In this document: positions 1-14,120 of the stretch, piece after piece | Layout of the letters: each line of letters begins with the position of its first letter | Position numbering within the stretch: position 1 is the first letter of the stretch | Assembly (NCBI GenBank): GCA_964016885.1 | Contig: OZ024761.1 | Location: 22,134,001-22,198,000, forward strand | Source of the DNA: Eledone cirrhosa | Lineage: Eukaryota | Direction: 5' to 3' | Length of the DNA stretch: 64,000 bases | Position numbers and translations under genes: made by a program | The notes under the pieces: generated by a model | Told to the model about the DNA's origin: nothing | The model's database searches: none | The model's input: the letters and a program-made list of their open reading frames with translations, nothing else

Positions 1-109
1 ATGTCTATTTTCCATAATTTCATGGGTTAGAAGGGTTTACCACGTTCCGTGGTTATTGGTCAAATGACCACAAATTACTTTACAGTAGTGGGAGCATTTT
101 ATCATGTCT

Positions 110-420
110 CCAGCATTACCACCTTACAGATTGGACCAAATTCTTTTTTTGTTTATATTGTGGGACCAGCACTACCATCTGACAAGTTGTACCGGTTGCT
201 TTTTATAGTGGCATAAGCACTGCCACCTGACAAGGTGGACAGGGTGATTTTTCTATCTTGGGACAAGCACTGCCACCTGACAGGGTGGACTGGGTGCTAT
301 TTCTATCTTGGGACAAACACTACCCCCTTACAGGGTGGACTGGGTGCTATTTCTATCTTGGGACAAGCACTGCCACCTGACAGGGTGGACTAGGAACTAC
401 AGCCTTACAGAGTGGGCTGT
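110..420 (+). repeat. Degenerate minisatellite of about 50 bp
   Basis: gccacctgacagggtggactgggtgctatttctatcttgggacaagcact, about 6 copies. Confidence 0.75.
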
Positions 421-1749
421 GTGTGTTTTATGATAGCGAGGGAGGGGGGAAAGGAGAGATAGTTTCACTGACAAACATTATTTCACACAACACAGGGGGG
501 GGGGGCAAAGTTGTGTGGGAGTAATGGGAGGACTCAACATAGAAAACAGAGACTGAAGAATATGTAATAAACCCTTTAGTATTTAAACCAGCCAGGATTC
601 TCTCACCTCTTTCTATTCAAACTGGCTGTAACCGGCCACTCATACTGATGTTAAGGTATTGTTCTCAACATGAATAATATCAAAATCTCATGGATTCGAT
701 ATTGTGAGGTAAAGTGTTTACCATGAAAATACAACAGTATATATAGAGTAATGAAAATACTAAAGGGACAACGGTTCCTAATTAAGGCACAGGGTCAACA
801 ATTTGAGGGGAAAGAGATAAGTGGGTTTTATCAACACTTGACAGTTCCTTTATTTTATTGACCCCCTAGAAGGGATGAAAGGCAAAGGTGACCTCAGCAT
901 GATTTGGCCTTGTACCTAAATTAGAAAAGGGCACTTGCAATGGCTTTGCTGATTCAGAGTAATCCAGGACTTTGTCTGGGTCAGTCTTTTTTTCTCTAAG
1001 TTATCCTTTGCAGTCTCACCCTGCTCCCCTAATGGAGAGTTATGTATAATTATTATATATATATATTGTTGATTTCCGACCCTTTTTATGGGTATAAACT
1101 CTGCTCTGTGCTATAATTCATCCTCAAATTGGCACCAATACCTCTGCCCCTTGTTTGACAGGATCATTAGAGTTGGGGAGAAGTTCTTAGCTGCATTTAT
1201 TCCGACTCTCTACGGTCGGGGTTCAAATCCTGCCGAGGTTAGCTTTGCCTTTCATCCTTACGGGGGTCGATAAAATAAAGTACCAGTAATGCACTGGGGT
1301 AATTGCTGGCCCCTTGTGCCAAAAGTAGAAACAATTATTATTATTATTACTAATTCACTTTTCTATTTGTTTGTAATGTAATGTTTTGAGTGTGTGTGTG
1401 GGGGGTGGGGATGGGGTCCTTGAGACAAACAAATCATCATCATCATCATCAACTCATGAATCGGGAAATTCTAAAACAAAATTCTGAAGACTAGAAAAAC
1501 CCCAGAAAAATAAACAACCAAAAACAAAAAGAAAAAACGGGGGGAAAAAAACAAAAAAAAATAAAACTCTGGCATTTAATTAGAAAACTTCAGATTTGGC
1601 AAGAAATTAAAATAACATCAACAACAATAACAAAAACATATAATAATAATATTAATAATAATAATGATAATATTAATATTAATAATATAATTGTAATTGT
1701 AATAATTTATGTTTCCAATCAATAACCTATCACTCTCAGAAATCAATAA

Positions 1750-4324
1750 TCAATACAATTCATCATCATCATCATCAGTCCTGTTGTCATGGTAACACTC
1801 ATCAAACGAAGAATCGGACACAGCTGCCGCTGTCGCCGTCTTCACAAAGTTTGTTCTGTCTTTGCTCCTCGTTTCCCTGTGGCGGGGATTGAGGAAACGT
1901 TGTCGGCCCGTTGTTAAAGGTTTGGCCAGTTTCGGCACCTGACCGTCTGACGACCTCGGCCCTCCAGTGTTGTTTGTGCTCGCGTCTGACGTTGATATGT
2001 AGCTGTCATCGCTACACGAGGTACGACGAGAGCTGCTTCCTTGGTTTTCCTGCGACTCTTGCTTCACCATCATCTCTGTATAGTCCAAATAACATGAAGC
2101 GGAAGCATTGTTCTCATCAGAGTAATTAGGGTCTGAGTATAAACTACTGACACCATTCTTAGAAGCAGCGACTCGGCTTGATAGATCTTTGCTGTGTTTG
2201 GCAGGAATACGAGAAGCATGAGCGCTTGGAATTCGAGATTTCGGAATTCTCGTTTCCATTGAATCCTGGGAGCTTGGACCTTTACTGAGTTCCTGAAGCG
2301 CTGCGGATATTTTCCCAACGGATTCATTGTCGGAGTTCCTTTGGATGGATGATCGTCTTGAGTTGGTTCTTGAAGAACGTGGGCTGTACGGTTGGTTAGC
2401 ATTGCTGTCGAGTGACGAGGCATCGGTAAATGTTCCCTGTGACTCATTGTCAACATCGTCAAACATATCTGCCATGACGTTGGTACTGTCCGTCACTTTC
2501 ACCATGTCCTGCAACTCCTTCTGGCGGTAAACTTCAAAAAGTCTTTCCATTTTCTCATACATCTCCGGATCTTCTGGAGGAGCATCCAGTTCCTCCGGAT
2601 CCGATACCTTTGGCATGATTCCATTTACTGGAATCAACGCCGCTTTGATTGCTTCTAAAGGATAGGGAGTCAGATCATAATCACAGGTGTCTTCTGGTTG
2701 TTGTTCAGCAGAGGGAGCATCATGTTTTGACCGAGCGGCTGATGAGGCCCGCTGTGAACGGTTATACTTCAAGTTGCTGCCATGGGCTGTCGAGGCACTG
2801 TTCTTAGCCGTCCCCGGTTTAGACAATTCAGACAAACGTTGACCCAATGGACGACCTTTGCTCTGTCCTGAGTCTGCATCATCCGTGCTGTTGGTACTGT
2901 TTAGCCGTTGACGTGGAGGAGCAAATCTGTCAACACTCTGAGATCGAGGTTTCAAACCTGGGCTAGCTGTTATATGTTTGGCGCGACTAACCTTTGGAGA
3001 CTGAGTAGTTCTCCGATCAGGTCGTGACGCGTCTCCAACGGTGTCTTTCGGAGAATCCTTTTTGCCAGATTTCATTGTCGTTCCTCCAGCGGAACTTAAT
3101 TTGGAAATGTGACCCTGGGCTTTACCTAGTGACACAGTGTGACCCCCTGTGTTGGTCCTTGATACAGTGATCATCTGAGGGGTTTCCTTGTTGTAACGAG
3201 CTGCTGAGGTGGAGCGTTTGCTACGGTGCCACCTGTCAACGTAACTAGGCAACAACAATTTGTTCCTCGTTTCCTCACCTGTCGGGTCTCGCCTCGTATT
3301 CAGACTCTGAGTGGAAGATGAGCGTGACGAGAGGCCACTGTGTGACTGAAGACTGCCCCGACGGGCCGGAGTTGGGGTAAGTGCCTCTGTATCTTCATCA
3401 GCCGATGACTGAGTATCGTCAGTCGAGTACTGCTTGCCGCCTCTTCGATTCATAAACTCTTGGATGCCTGGAGTTGAGGCTCTCCTTGGGAGTACACCCA
3501 CCGACAGCTTATGATCACTGTCTAAATCCCTTGGACCAGGGGTTTTGGATCGAGGGATTGCAATTTTGGATTTGGTCGAGGACTTTTTAGCTGTTCCCGA
3601 CGAGAGATCTTCCATGGATTGACGCAGGTTCGTGTAGTTACGACTGTATTTCTTTCTCTCCTGCTTTGGTGTCTCTACAAGGGAACGCTTATCACTGGGG
3701 GTGACAGGGCAAGAAAACTGGGAATTGGTTGAACTGGGAGTTGTACTCTGAGATGTACAGGGTCTAGTGGAATCTTGTGAAGGGGATTTCATTGGGATCT
3801 TAGAATCTCCGTTTATGTGTAACGAAGAAGGGGTGTTCGGCTTTGGAAGGAAACTATGTGTGGTGCTGCTGGATTTCCCCCTGGTGGCGTCTCGGTTTGG
3901 ATTGATTTCAGAGGACTTGACGTTAGTTTTAGACTCAGGGGAGGGAGACCGTGTCCGGCTGCCTGGAATTCTAAGATTCTGTGAGTTCTGATAAAGGTTG
4001 GAATATTTCTGCTCTGTTGACTGGCTTTTGGGGACGTCCTTGTTGTTATGTCCCGGATATTGGAGCCGGGAAACTTTGGAAGGGCTACTCTTTGTACTGG
4101 AGCAGTTGCTCCCTGTCGTAGACGCCGTCTGGTTCGACTCCACGGAACTGCTTATGCTACTACCATCTTTAGGGGTCGGCACAATTTGGTTGTTGAGAAG
4201 ATTCTTGAACTGTTCCAGAGTCATTGTACTGATCTGGTCCATATCTAGTCTTCCGGAACGTTCTTTGGGGTCCATATCACTCAGTTTCTCCGAGGATGCA
4301 CTCAGGGAAGAGGATGCAGATGAT
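1750..4324 (-). CDS. GAS2L: GAS2-like protein, terminal coding exon (about 857 aa, Ser/Thr/Arg-rich disordered tail with SxIP motifs)
   Basis: The 841-aa non-repetitive ORF (1750-4275) extends in frame to an acceptor ttttctcctatttacag|A at 4324. Phase 2 matches the donor of exon 5722-6115 (AA|A = Lys). Stop TGA at 1750-1752. Contains SKIP, TRIP and two SRIP motifs. Confidence 0.9.
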
Positions 4325-4681
4325 CTGTAAATAGGAGAAAAATAAGGTGTGAGACCCTATTAAGAGAAAAATAAGGTGTGAAACCCTTTTAAGAGAAAGG
4401 GTTTAATGATATTTTAACACTTTTAATAACAAACCAACTGAAACTGCCTCAGTTCTGTCATAGAATCTGGATATTTTAAAGTGCTGATACTTAAAATGTT
4501 TCATATATATATTTATATATATATGCACACACACACATACTCACTTATACACACACTTATATATATATATATACACACACACACGTGTGTGTGTGTATAT
4601 TGGACCTGTTATTTTTCTTTAAAAACATTTTTCCCTATTCCACCCCGCCCGTCCCTTCAATCTTTCTAATTTCTCATTCTT

Positions 4682-4717
4682 TCTTCTGATGAAGGACCAG
4701 CGTCTGAAACGTTAAGA
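4682..4717 (+). ncRNA. Minimal hammerhead ribozyme motif
   Basis: TCTT-CTGATGA-AGGAC-cagc-GTCT-GAAAC-GTT-AAGA, with a loop-less palindromic stem III (AACGTT) as in minimal Penelope-type hammerheads. Confidence 0.7.
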
Positions 4718-5178
4718 CCCTCTTCCTGCTATTTCAAGTGTTAACCCAATATATCCCTTCCATATACTGTACTGATTGTGTTGTTATTTCTGTTTACCTT
4801 TTACATATATATATATTGTTATACTTGGGGAGGGTCATATTGTTATAATATTGCCAGAAATAATAACAGAACACACTCACTGTTTGGTTTGGGTTGGTTT
4901 TCGCTTCTGTATCTTTTATATCTCCATAGTTAATTTATCTGGTAATCAATGTTTATCATTGATTGACCAATGGTTAAAAATACAGATATAAATATATATA
5001 TATATAGTCTCTCAAAGTTCTTTCATCACACATCTGTGACATCATCAGTGGTACTATTATGTTTCCTCCCGTTATATTGTAATGTCGACGCCATTTTTAT
5101 TTAATTTTCTATATAGATATATATATATATATATACACACACACCTTCTATATAGATATATATATATACACACACACC

Positions 5179-5230
<52 letters not shown>

Positions 5231-5347
5231 CTTCTATATATATATATCTATCTATATATACACACACACACCTTCTATATATATATATCTATCTATATAT
5301 ACACACACACACCTTCTATATATATATATATATACACACACACCTTC

Positions 5348-5386
<39 letters not shown>

Positions 5387-5425
5387 CTTCTATATAGATA
5401 TATATATATATACACACACACCTTC

Positions 5426-5462
<37 letters not shown>

Positions 5463-5721
5463 CTTCTATATAGATATATATATATATACACACACACCTT
5501 CTATATAGATATATATATATATACACACACACCTTCTATATAGATATATATATATATACACACACACCTTCTATATATATATATATATATATACACACAC
5601 ATATATACCAAACCTCTTGCCACCATTCCTGGTTCTATGATAAAAAAAAAACTATTAATATTTATCTAAAACAGACAGACAGACAGAGTTAAAGAGACAC
5701 ATGTATATAAAGACCCCTTAC

Positions 5722-6115
5722 TTGAGACTAGATGAAGATGCTGGTGACATGGTCCTCTTTGAGGGAGAAAACTGCAGCTTCTGGTATGAGGATGGGGGCG
5801 CCATCTTGCTGGTCGAGTGCTTCGCTGGAGATGTACATTGGTTCCGCGATACGTTGGTGATATTTTCAGCACTTGAGTGGAAATCAGTGGCTTTTCTGTT
5901 GAGTCGTGCAGCTACGGGTGAGTGACAGCGGGGTGGTGTAGTGGAAACATAACAGTTACCCTGTTTGTTACCACCACCACTGGGCAGCAGCACTTTCTTG
6001 GGACTTCTCTGACCAAGGTGTTCAGCTAAAATCTGACCACCAGGGGCACTAGCTCTCCGCTCACTCTGTCGTTTGGTCACCACAGGCGATTGTGTTGCAG
6101 GGTTGACACGATGTC
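5722..6115 (-). CDS. GAS2L: GAS2-like protein, internal exon (GHRVNPATQS...SSSSLK)
   Basis: Acceptor ttttgtttctcctcag|GA and donor AA|gtaagg. 394 nt, phase 1 in and phase 2 out, consistent with both neighbouring exons. Confidence 0.88.
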
Positions 6116-6175
6116 CTGAGGAGAAACAAAATATAAAAATAGATGATGTGTATATATATGTATGTATATATATAT

Positions 6176-6505
6176 GTGGTGGTGGTGGTGGTGGTGGTGG
6201 TGGTGGTGGTGGTGGTGGTGGTGGTGGTGGTGGTGGTAGTTGTGGTGGTGGTAGTAGTAGTAGTTGTGGTGGTGGAAGTAGTGGTGGTAGTAGTAGTTGT
6301 GGTGGTGGTAGTAGTAGTGGTGGTGGTGGTAGTAGTGGTGGTGGTGGTAGTGGTGGTGGTGGTAGTAGTAGTAGTAGTTGTGGTGGTGGAAGTAGTGGTG
6401 GTAGTAGTAGTGGTAGTAGTAGTTGTGGTGGTAGTAGTAGTTGTGGTAGTAGTAGTGGTGGTGGTGGTAGTAGTAGTTGTGGTAGTAGTAGTTGTGGTGG
6501 TGGTG

Positions 6506-6543
<38 letters not shown>

Positions 6544-6715
6544 TGTGGTAGTAGTAGTGGTGGTGGTGGTAGTAGTAGTTGTGGTAGTAGTAGTGGTGGT
6601 GGTGGTAGTAGTAGTTGTGGTAGTAGTAGTTGTGGTGGTGGTAGTAGTAGTTGTGGTAGTAGTAGTGGTGGTGGTGGTAGTAGTAGTTGTGGTAGTAGTA
6701 GTTGTGGTGGTGGTG

Positions 6716-6753
<38 letters not shown>

Positions 6754-6817
6754 TGTGGTAGTAGTAGTGGTGGTGGTGGTAGTAGTAGTTGTGGTAGTAG
6801 TAGTTGTGGTGGTGGTG

Positions 6818-6855
<38 letters not shown>

Positions 6856-6895
6856 TGTGGTAGTAGTAGTTGTGGTGGTGGTAGTAGTAGTTGTG

Positions 6896-6927
<32 letters not shown>

Positions 6928-7003
6928 TGTGGTAGTAGTAGTGGTGGTGGTGGTAGTAGTAGTTGTGGTAGTAGTAGTGGTGGTGGTGGTAGTAGTAGTT
7001 GTG

Positions 7004-7035
<32 letters not shown>

Positions 7036-7111
7036 TGTGGTAGTAGTAGTGGTGGTGGTGGTAGTAGTAGTTGTGGTAGTAGTAGTGGTGGTGGTGGTAG
7101 TAGTAGTTGTG

Positions 7112-7143
<32 letters not shown>

Positions 7144-7183
7144 TGTGGTAGTAGTAGTGGTGGTGGTGGTAGTAGTAGTTGTG

Positions 7184-7215
<32 letters not shown>

Positions 7216-7270
7216 TGTGGTAGTAGTAGTGGTGGTGGTGGTAGTAGTAGTTGTGGTAGTAGTAGTTGTG

Positions 7271-7302
<32 letters not shown>

Positions 7303-7395
7303 GGTGGTAGTAGTAGTTGTGGTAGTAGTAGTGGTGGTGGTGGTAGTAGTAGTTGTGGTAGTAGTAGTGGTGGTGGTGGTAGTAGTAGTTGTGGA
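6176..7395 (+). repeat. Higher-order GGT/AGT/TGT trinucleotide array
   Basis: 1.2 kb of NGT triplets arranged in recurring 15-33 nt blocks. Confidence 0.95.
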
Positions 7396-8300
7396 GTTAG
7401 TAGTAACAATAACAGTAGTGATGATGATGATAGCAGGGGTGGTGATGGTTGTGGGGGACGGGGGGATTTATTAGTAACACCACTACCACATATACAGAAA
7501 CACACACACACACATACACACACACATACACTCATACACAACACACACATACACAACACACACATACACAACACACATACACGCATACACAACACACACA
7601 TACACACACACAGACACACATATATATAGAGAGAGAGGAGTGAGCTGTTTATACACACACACGTATATATATATATATAGAGAGAGGGGGATAATCTGAC
7701 AATAATGTAATGTTGTTATGTATGAGAGAGACGGTGGGGGGGGGGCAGTTGTATTACAGTTGATTATTGGAGGAGGGGGGGGGGGGTAATTTGAATGGAG
7801 GCTGATGATCTTGGTAAACGGAAATTATTACAACTACATTGGTGGTGGTGGTGGTGGTGGTGGTGGTGGTGGTGGTGGTGATGGTGGTGGTAATAGTGGT
7901 GGTGGTGGTGGTGGTGGTGGTGGTGATGGTGGTGGTAATAGTGGGGGTGGTGGTGGTGGTGGTGGAGGTGATGGTGGTGGTGGTGGTGGTGGTGATGGTG
8001 GTGGTAATAGTGGTGATGGTGGTGGTGGTGGTGGTGGTGATGGTGGTGGTGGTGGTGATGGTGTAATGCTATTGATGAAAATAGCAATGACTGTGATTGT
8101 GGCCATGACAACATAGATGTAAGCTAGACACAAACACACACACAGATATATATATATAGACACATATACAGATAGATATACACAGACACACTCTGATATA
8201 TATATACAAAGACACACACAGATAGATATACACACACATATACTATATATATATATAGTATATGTATATAGTATATATATATATATATATATATATATAC

Positions 8301-8474
8301 AAGAAATGCCAGTAGAAGGAAGACGCAGTAGAGGAAGACCACGAAAAAGATGGGCGGAGGTGGTGAGAGCAGACCTCAGATCACTGAAGCTCAGGGAGGA
8401 CTGTGACAAGTGGAGAGGTGCTGTGCTGAATAGGACCCGTCCAACCCTTGCAAGCAGGGAAAAGCTGACATAAA

Positions 8475-8503
<29 letters not shown>
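8301..8503 (+). mobile_element. RTE-clade LINE 3' fragment
   Basis: Homologous to 41098-41300 (PVEGRRSRGRPRKRW) with a (GAT)n tail. Confidence 0.85.
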
Positions 8504-8505
<2 letters not shown>

Positions 8506-8628
8506 CAAACACACAGATACAAACAGATGTACTATTGTGTTGTGGAGGTCATGTTGACTATGAAGTGATGACATTCTACAGAGATGACAGATTGTTTCTA
8601 CTGGATGATGGCTGCTGTGTGACATAAA

Positions 8629-8705
<77 letters not shown>

Positions 8706-9909
8706 CATAATACATGTCTATAGAATCACCAGATAAAATATATACCATTTCCTCTCCCAATTAGCATAATTAACCATATAAAAAATCGAATAGACCAGGC
8801 TATAAGAATAAGGCTTCTATGAAGAAATCTCCAACAAATAACTGAAACCAGCCCTTTGCGCCGGCTGCGACAGAGTATTTATCGAATATTTCGACAGCGT
8901 AATCGCCCAGATACACAGTCAATTAAACAGAATTAGGTGTAAAATAAACTAGGAGAAAAGAGAATACATTTATATATATATATATATATATATATCCCAG
9001 GTTCAATCGGGGGGTAACACCTAACACACACACACATATCATGATCATCATTTTACGTCTATTTTTCCACGCTAGCATGGGTTAGACGAGTTATCCTGTT
9101 GTGAGCAATGCTAGGTCAGGTGACCTTGTTTTGTTCATACAGAACTAATTCTGGTTAGATCTCTACAGCTGGATGCCCTTCCTAACACCAACCTCATTTA
9201 CAGTGTGGGCTGGGTGCTATTTTTGTCATGACACCTACATGACTACTTTACAGTGAGTATTAGGGGCTTCACTGTATATTAGAAAGAGTTGGGTCCTGTT
9301 GGCTGAGCTGTGGAACTAGCTGTCAAAATGACAGGAGCTCAGTCATTTATAATATAACCACACTCTACAAACCCAAGTATTGAGTACTCTGTTGAACAAT
9401 GGTCCTACTAGTTTAATACTGGTTTAATCCTGATATATATATATACACACACACACTCGTACATATACACACTGGACATGTATATATCTTGTCAGAACAT
9501 GTCCAGTGTGACTACAAAGGGAGCTGTCAACCTTCACATCATTGTTGAAGTGGGGGAGAGGAAATATTGAAGGTTTCTTTTACTGAAAAGCTTAAGGACT
9601 GTCAGTGAAGAAATATCTATTGTTAGAGTGGTACCAATGGTGGGGTGGGGTACCAATGGTGGAGTGGGGTTGGTGGGTGTGGGGGGTACCAATGGTAGAT
9701 GGGGTGTGGGGTTGGTGGGTGTGGGGGGAGGTGGTGGTACCGATGGTAGTTGGTGGTGGTGGGGTAGTGGGGTGGTGGTGAGGGGTGGTATGATAATGAT
9801 GACAGTGGCAGGGGTGGGGGTGATGTAGATGCTGTAAGATGTATATTTCTGGAATTATAATACAAACAGGTTCGTTTTGTTTGAATCTATTTCTAGAGTC
9901 ATTAATAGA

Positions 9910-10256
9910 GATGGTGGTGGTGGGAGGGTGTGGTGGTGGGAGGTGGTGATGGTGGGAGGTGGTGGTGGGAGGGTGTGGTTGTGGTGGGAGGGTGTGGTGG
10001 TGGTGGGAGGGTGTGGTGGTGGGAGGTGGTGATGGTGGGAGGTGGTGGTGGGAGGGTGTGGTGGTGGGAGGTGGTGGTGGGAGGGTGTGGTTGTGGTGGG
10101 AGGGCGTGGTGGTGGTGGGAGGTGGTGGTGGGAGGGTGTGGTTGTGGTGGGAGGGTGTGGTGGTGGTGGAAGGGTGTGGAGATGGTGGTGGTGGGAGGGT
10201 GTGGTTGTGGTGGGAGGTGGTGGTGGTGGTGGTGGTGGGAGCGTGTGGTGGTGGTG
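9910..10256 (+). repeat. G-rich GGTGGTGGGAGG-type repeat
   Basis: Direct inspection. Confidence 0.85.
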
Positions 10257-11562
10257 ATAGTGATTAGTGATATCAATGATGATGATTGTGATTATGGTGG
10301 TGTTAAATTTGTTAAAAGCCTGACCAGAATATGGAACCCACACTCATATATAGAGATACACACACACACACACACACACACACTCATATATAGAGATACA
10401 CACACACACACATATATATATTAGTACACACCACATATATATATATTAGTACACACACACATATATATATATTAGTACACACACATATATATATATTAGT
10501 ACACATGCACACTAACATATATATATATATTAGTACACACCACACATATATATATATATACACTCATATATATATACATATATACATATATATTAGTACA
10601 CACCACATATATATATATACACTCATATATATATATTAGTACACACCACACATATATATATATACACACACATATATATATATACACACACATATATATA
10701 TATACATATATACATATATATTAGTACACACCATATATATATATATATATATACACACACATATATATATTAGTATACACACACACACATATATATATAT
10801 ATACACATATATACATAGATATTAGTACACACCACACATATAGAGGTATAATAGTACACACACACATACACAGGGATATCAATACACATGCACTTACATA
10901 TCAATACACATGCACACACACACACACACACATACACACACACATACACACACAAACTAAATACAGGTAAAATTCCATTATCACAAACTTTTCAATCCCT
11001 GAGGTAATAATTATTTCTACTTTTGGCACAAGGCCAGCAATTACCCCAGTACATTACTGGTACTTTTTTTTATCGACCCCCGTAAGGATGAAAGGCAAAG
11101 TTAACCTTGGCGGGATTTGAACCCAGACCGTAAAGGGCCGCAACTCTATGCTGCAAAGCATGGCGTCCATCCCTCTACAGATACTGACAATCCACCACCC
11201 TAAGGTAATAACAAATGATTGATTGGTTTCAGTCAATCTCGTTATAAAGAATTTTTGATTACATCATTTTGAGTATATCATGACCTAACACGCACCTTTG
11301 ATGAATTGTAGTGCACCTGAACACTGTACACAATGATAATTTCAGTACATATATATAAATATATATATATATATATGCACACACGTGTGTATCTGTGTGT
11401 ATATCATGACTCATACACTGTTCACTTCCCTGACATTTGTACATTATTCTATGTACTATACATGCACCTTTGATGAATGGTAGTGCACCTGAGCACTGTA
11501 CACAATAATTTTCATTATTATTATTATACTCGGTGAATTTTGTTATAACGGAATTTCACTGT

Positions 11563-11722
<160 letters not shown>

Positions 11723-11763
11723 TTATATATATATATATATATTTATATATATTTATATATATA

Positions 11764-11845
<82 letters not shown>

Positions 11846-11932
11846 TATAAATATATATATATATATATAAATATATAAATATATATATATATATATAAAT
11901 ATATAAATATATATATATATATAAATATATAA

Positions 11933-11975
<43 letters not shown>

Positions 11976-12080
11976 ATATATATATTTATATCTAACAAAC
12001 AAGAAGATACAGAAAAATGAAAAAAACAACAAGGGGAAGAAGGGGAATAAAATGAAGATGAACATGCAGAGATGTCTGAC

Positions 12081-12131
12081 CCTGCTGAAGAACTGTCGTA
12101 CGATTACTGATGACCTTCATCTGAGGTGTGG
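12081..12131 (-). CDS. GAS2L: Probable 51-nt symmetric exon of GAS2-like ([18 protein letters not shown])
   Basis: Good acceptor atttccatgtttccattgtag| and weaker donor G|gtcaga. Phase 1-1, and only the frame required by the flanking exons is open. Confidence 0.55.
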
Positions 12132-12428
12132 CTACAATGGAAACATGGAAATATTACATTTAGATGAATAAGGAATTATGTGAAAGAAATATATGAGAAT
12201 CATCATCATCATCATCATGGAGGTGCCACGGTAAAAAAGCAGCCAGCACTCACTGTAAATGAGGTTGGTGTTCGGAAGGGCATCCTGCTGTAGAGATCTA
12301 GCCAGAATCAGTTCCTGTATGAACAAGACAAGGTCACCCTGACCTGGCATTGCCCACAACAGGAAAACCCGTCTAACCCTTGCTAGCGTGGAAGAACGGA
12401 TGTAAAACGGTGATGATGATGATGATGA

Positions 12429-12465
<37 letters not shown>

Positions 12466-12663
12466 CAACATGAAAATAAGCATTTGAACAAATACAAACA
12501 CACAAACTATACACTGCAAAGTTAGGAAATGTTGACATTGATGATTTATAAAAGAAATTATTTAATGAAGATATATAAAAACAATCCAGAAGGTTTGATG
12601 TTAATTAACCCCCCCCCCCCTTCATTATACATGCTTAGGAAGCAGCCACATATTATTGCATAA

Positions 12664-12714
12664 GCATCTGATGAGGTCACATGAATAACCATGTAACAGA
12701 AATATGTATAATGC
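12664..12714 (+). ncRNA. Type I hammerhead ribozyme motif
   Basis: GCAT-CTGATGA-GGTCACATG-aataac-CATGTAACA-GAAA-TATGTATA-ATGC. Confidence 0.7.
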
Positions 12715-12764
12715 AGTAAACAATTATGGTGATTTAATCCCATCTTAACTACCATTGTTTGATA

Positions 12765-12812
<48 letters not shown>

Positions 12813-12978
12813 AATATATCCTATCCTCGGTCATCCAGTGGGATGATGGTATATATATATATATATATATACACACGCATATGTATATATATATATATAC
12901 ACACACGCTTATATATATATATATACACACACGCATATATATATATACACACACGCATATATATATATACACACACGC

Positions 12979-13010
<32 letters not shown>

Positions 13011-13070
13011 GCATATATATATATATTATTAAAAATATTAATAAATGAAGACGTTCACATAATGAAAATA

Positions 13071-13136
13071 TATTTTATTATATATATTTCGGAGGTACTC
13101 TGCTGTTTTTTCAGTACGTTCTCATCAGATAAAATA
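13071..13136 (-). ncRNA. Type I hammerhead ribozyme motif, paralogue of 32472-32538
   Basis: Minus: TATTTTAT-CTGATGA-GAACGTACT...AGTACCTCC-GAAA-TATATATA-ATAAAATA. The flank atgacatacc is shared with the 32.5 kb copy. Confidence 0.72.
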
Positions 13137-13363
13137 CATGAATTGATGTATGACATACCTCCCAGACAGACTGGGGGGCCTGTATTTCCCTTACGTACGG
13201 TTATATAGATATAGATATATGTATTCATACACACACACACACATACACACACGTGTATGTAAATGTATATACATATACGTATGCGTGTATGTAAATATAT
13301 ATACATACACGCATACGCATATGTATGTAAATGTATATACATACACACATATGTATGTATATG

Positions 13364-13411
<48 letters not shown>

Positions 13412-13901
13412 TGTACACAAAGTATAAAAGTGATTTGAGGAGATCAAACCTGAAATTATGTGAATGAGACAAATGTAAAGAAAAGACTGAAGTAATAAAA
13501 GTATTTGAACAACCCTCCCCCCACTGGACTGAACTCCCCCACTGGGCTTAACAACCCCCACCCCCTACCCACTGGGCTGAACCCCCCCCCACTCAGCTGT
13601 AAAACCTGAATTATTGGGTGGTACTGGGGGGGGTATAATGGTGTAATGTTTGGATAGGAGTTCATGAAGTTAAATAGGAGGGACAAAATGGTGTTTTAGA
13701 GGCGTCTTGATGTCTTCAAATCTCTTCTCTTTTGTCTACCTTGTATATCCTGTATTATTTATGGTTTTGACACAGAAATATGTCTCCTATACAGAGCCAC
13801 CCTTTCTACACACTTGTTTCTTTTAAAGTGTTTATATTCAGCTCAAAAATTTTCGCTTGTAATTTTTATGGAAGAAACTTTGTCATGTTTGCGACATCAG
13901 C

Positions 13902-14120
13902 TTAATCCTTTAGCATTGAAACCGGCCATATCCAGCTGCCAGAATTCTCTCACCTCTTCCTGTTCAAACCGGCTGTAACCGGCCACTCATACTGATGTCA
14001 AGGTATTGTTGTCAACATAAATAACATCAAAATCTCGTAGATTTGATGTTATGTGAAGTAAGGCCTTTACCACAAAAATACAATAGTATATATAGAGTAA
14101 TGTAAATTCTAAAGGGTTAA
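13902..14120 (+). mobile_element. piggyBac-type MITE (TTAA ends, CCCTTTAG-type TIRs)
   Basis: ttaa-tcctttag...ctaaaggg-ttaa. Other copies at 569-767, 31676-31905 (minus), 47187-47266 (partial) and 50453-50882. Confidence 0.7.

Noticed and set aside
5010-5052. Additional hammerhead-like matches (5010-5052 minus; also about 8865-8915, 38982-39003, 39663-39695)
   Set aside because: Stem I is too short or the core is mutated or deleted. They may be decayed copies but are not supportable individually.
5718-7658. Long ORFs of 646, 518 and 443 aa (poly-Pro/Leu, Gly-Ser-Cys, poly-Val)
   Set aside because: These are translations of a trinucleotide array open in several frames. Only 5722-6115 has splice sites and complex sequence.
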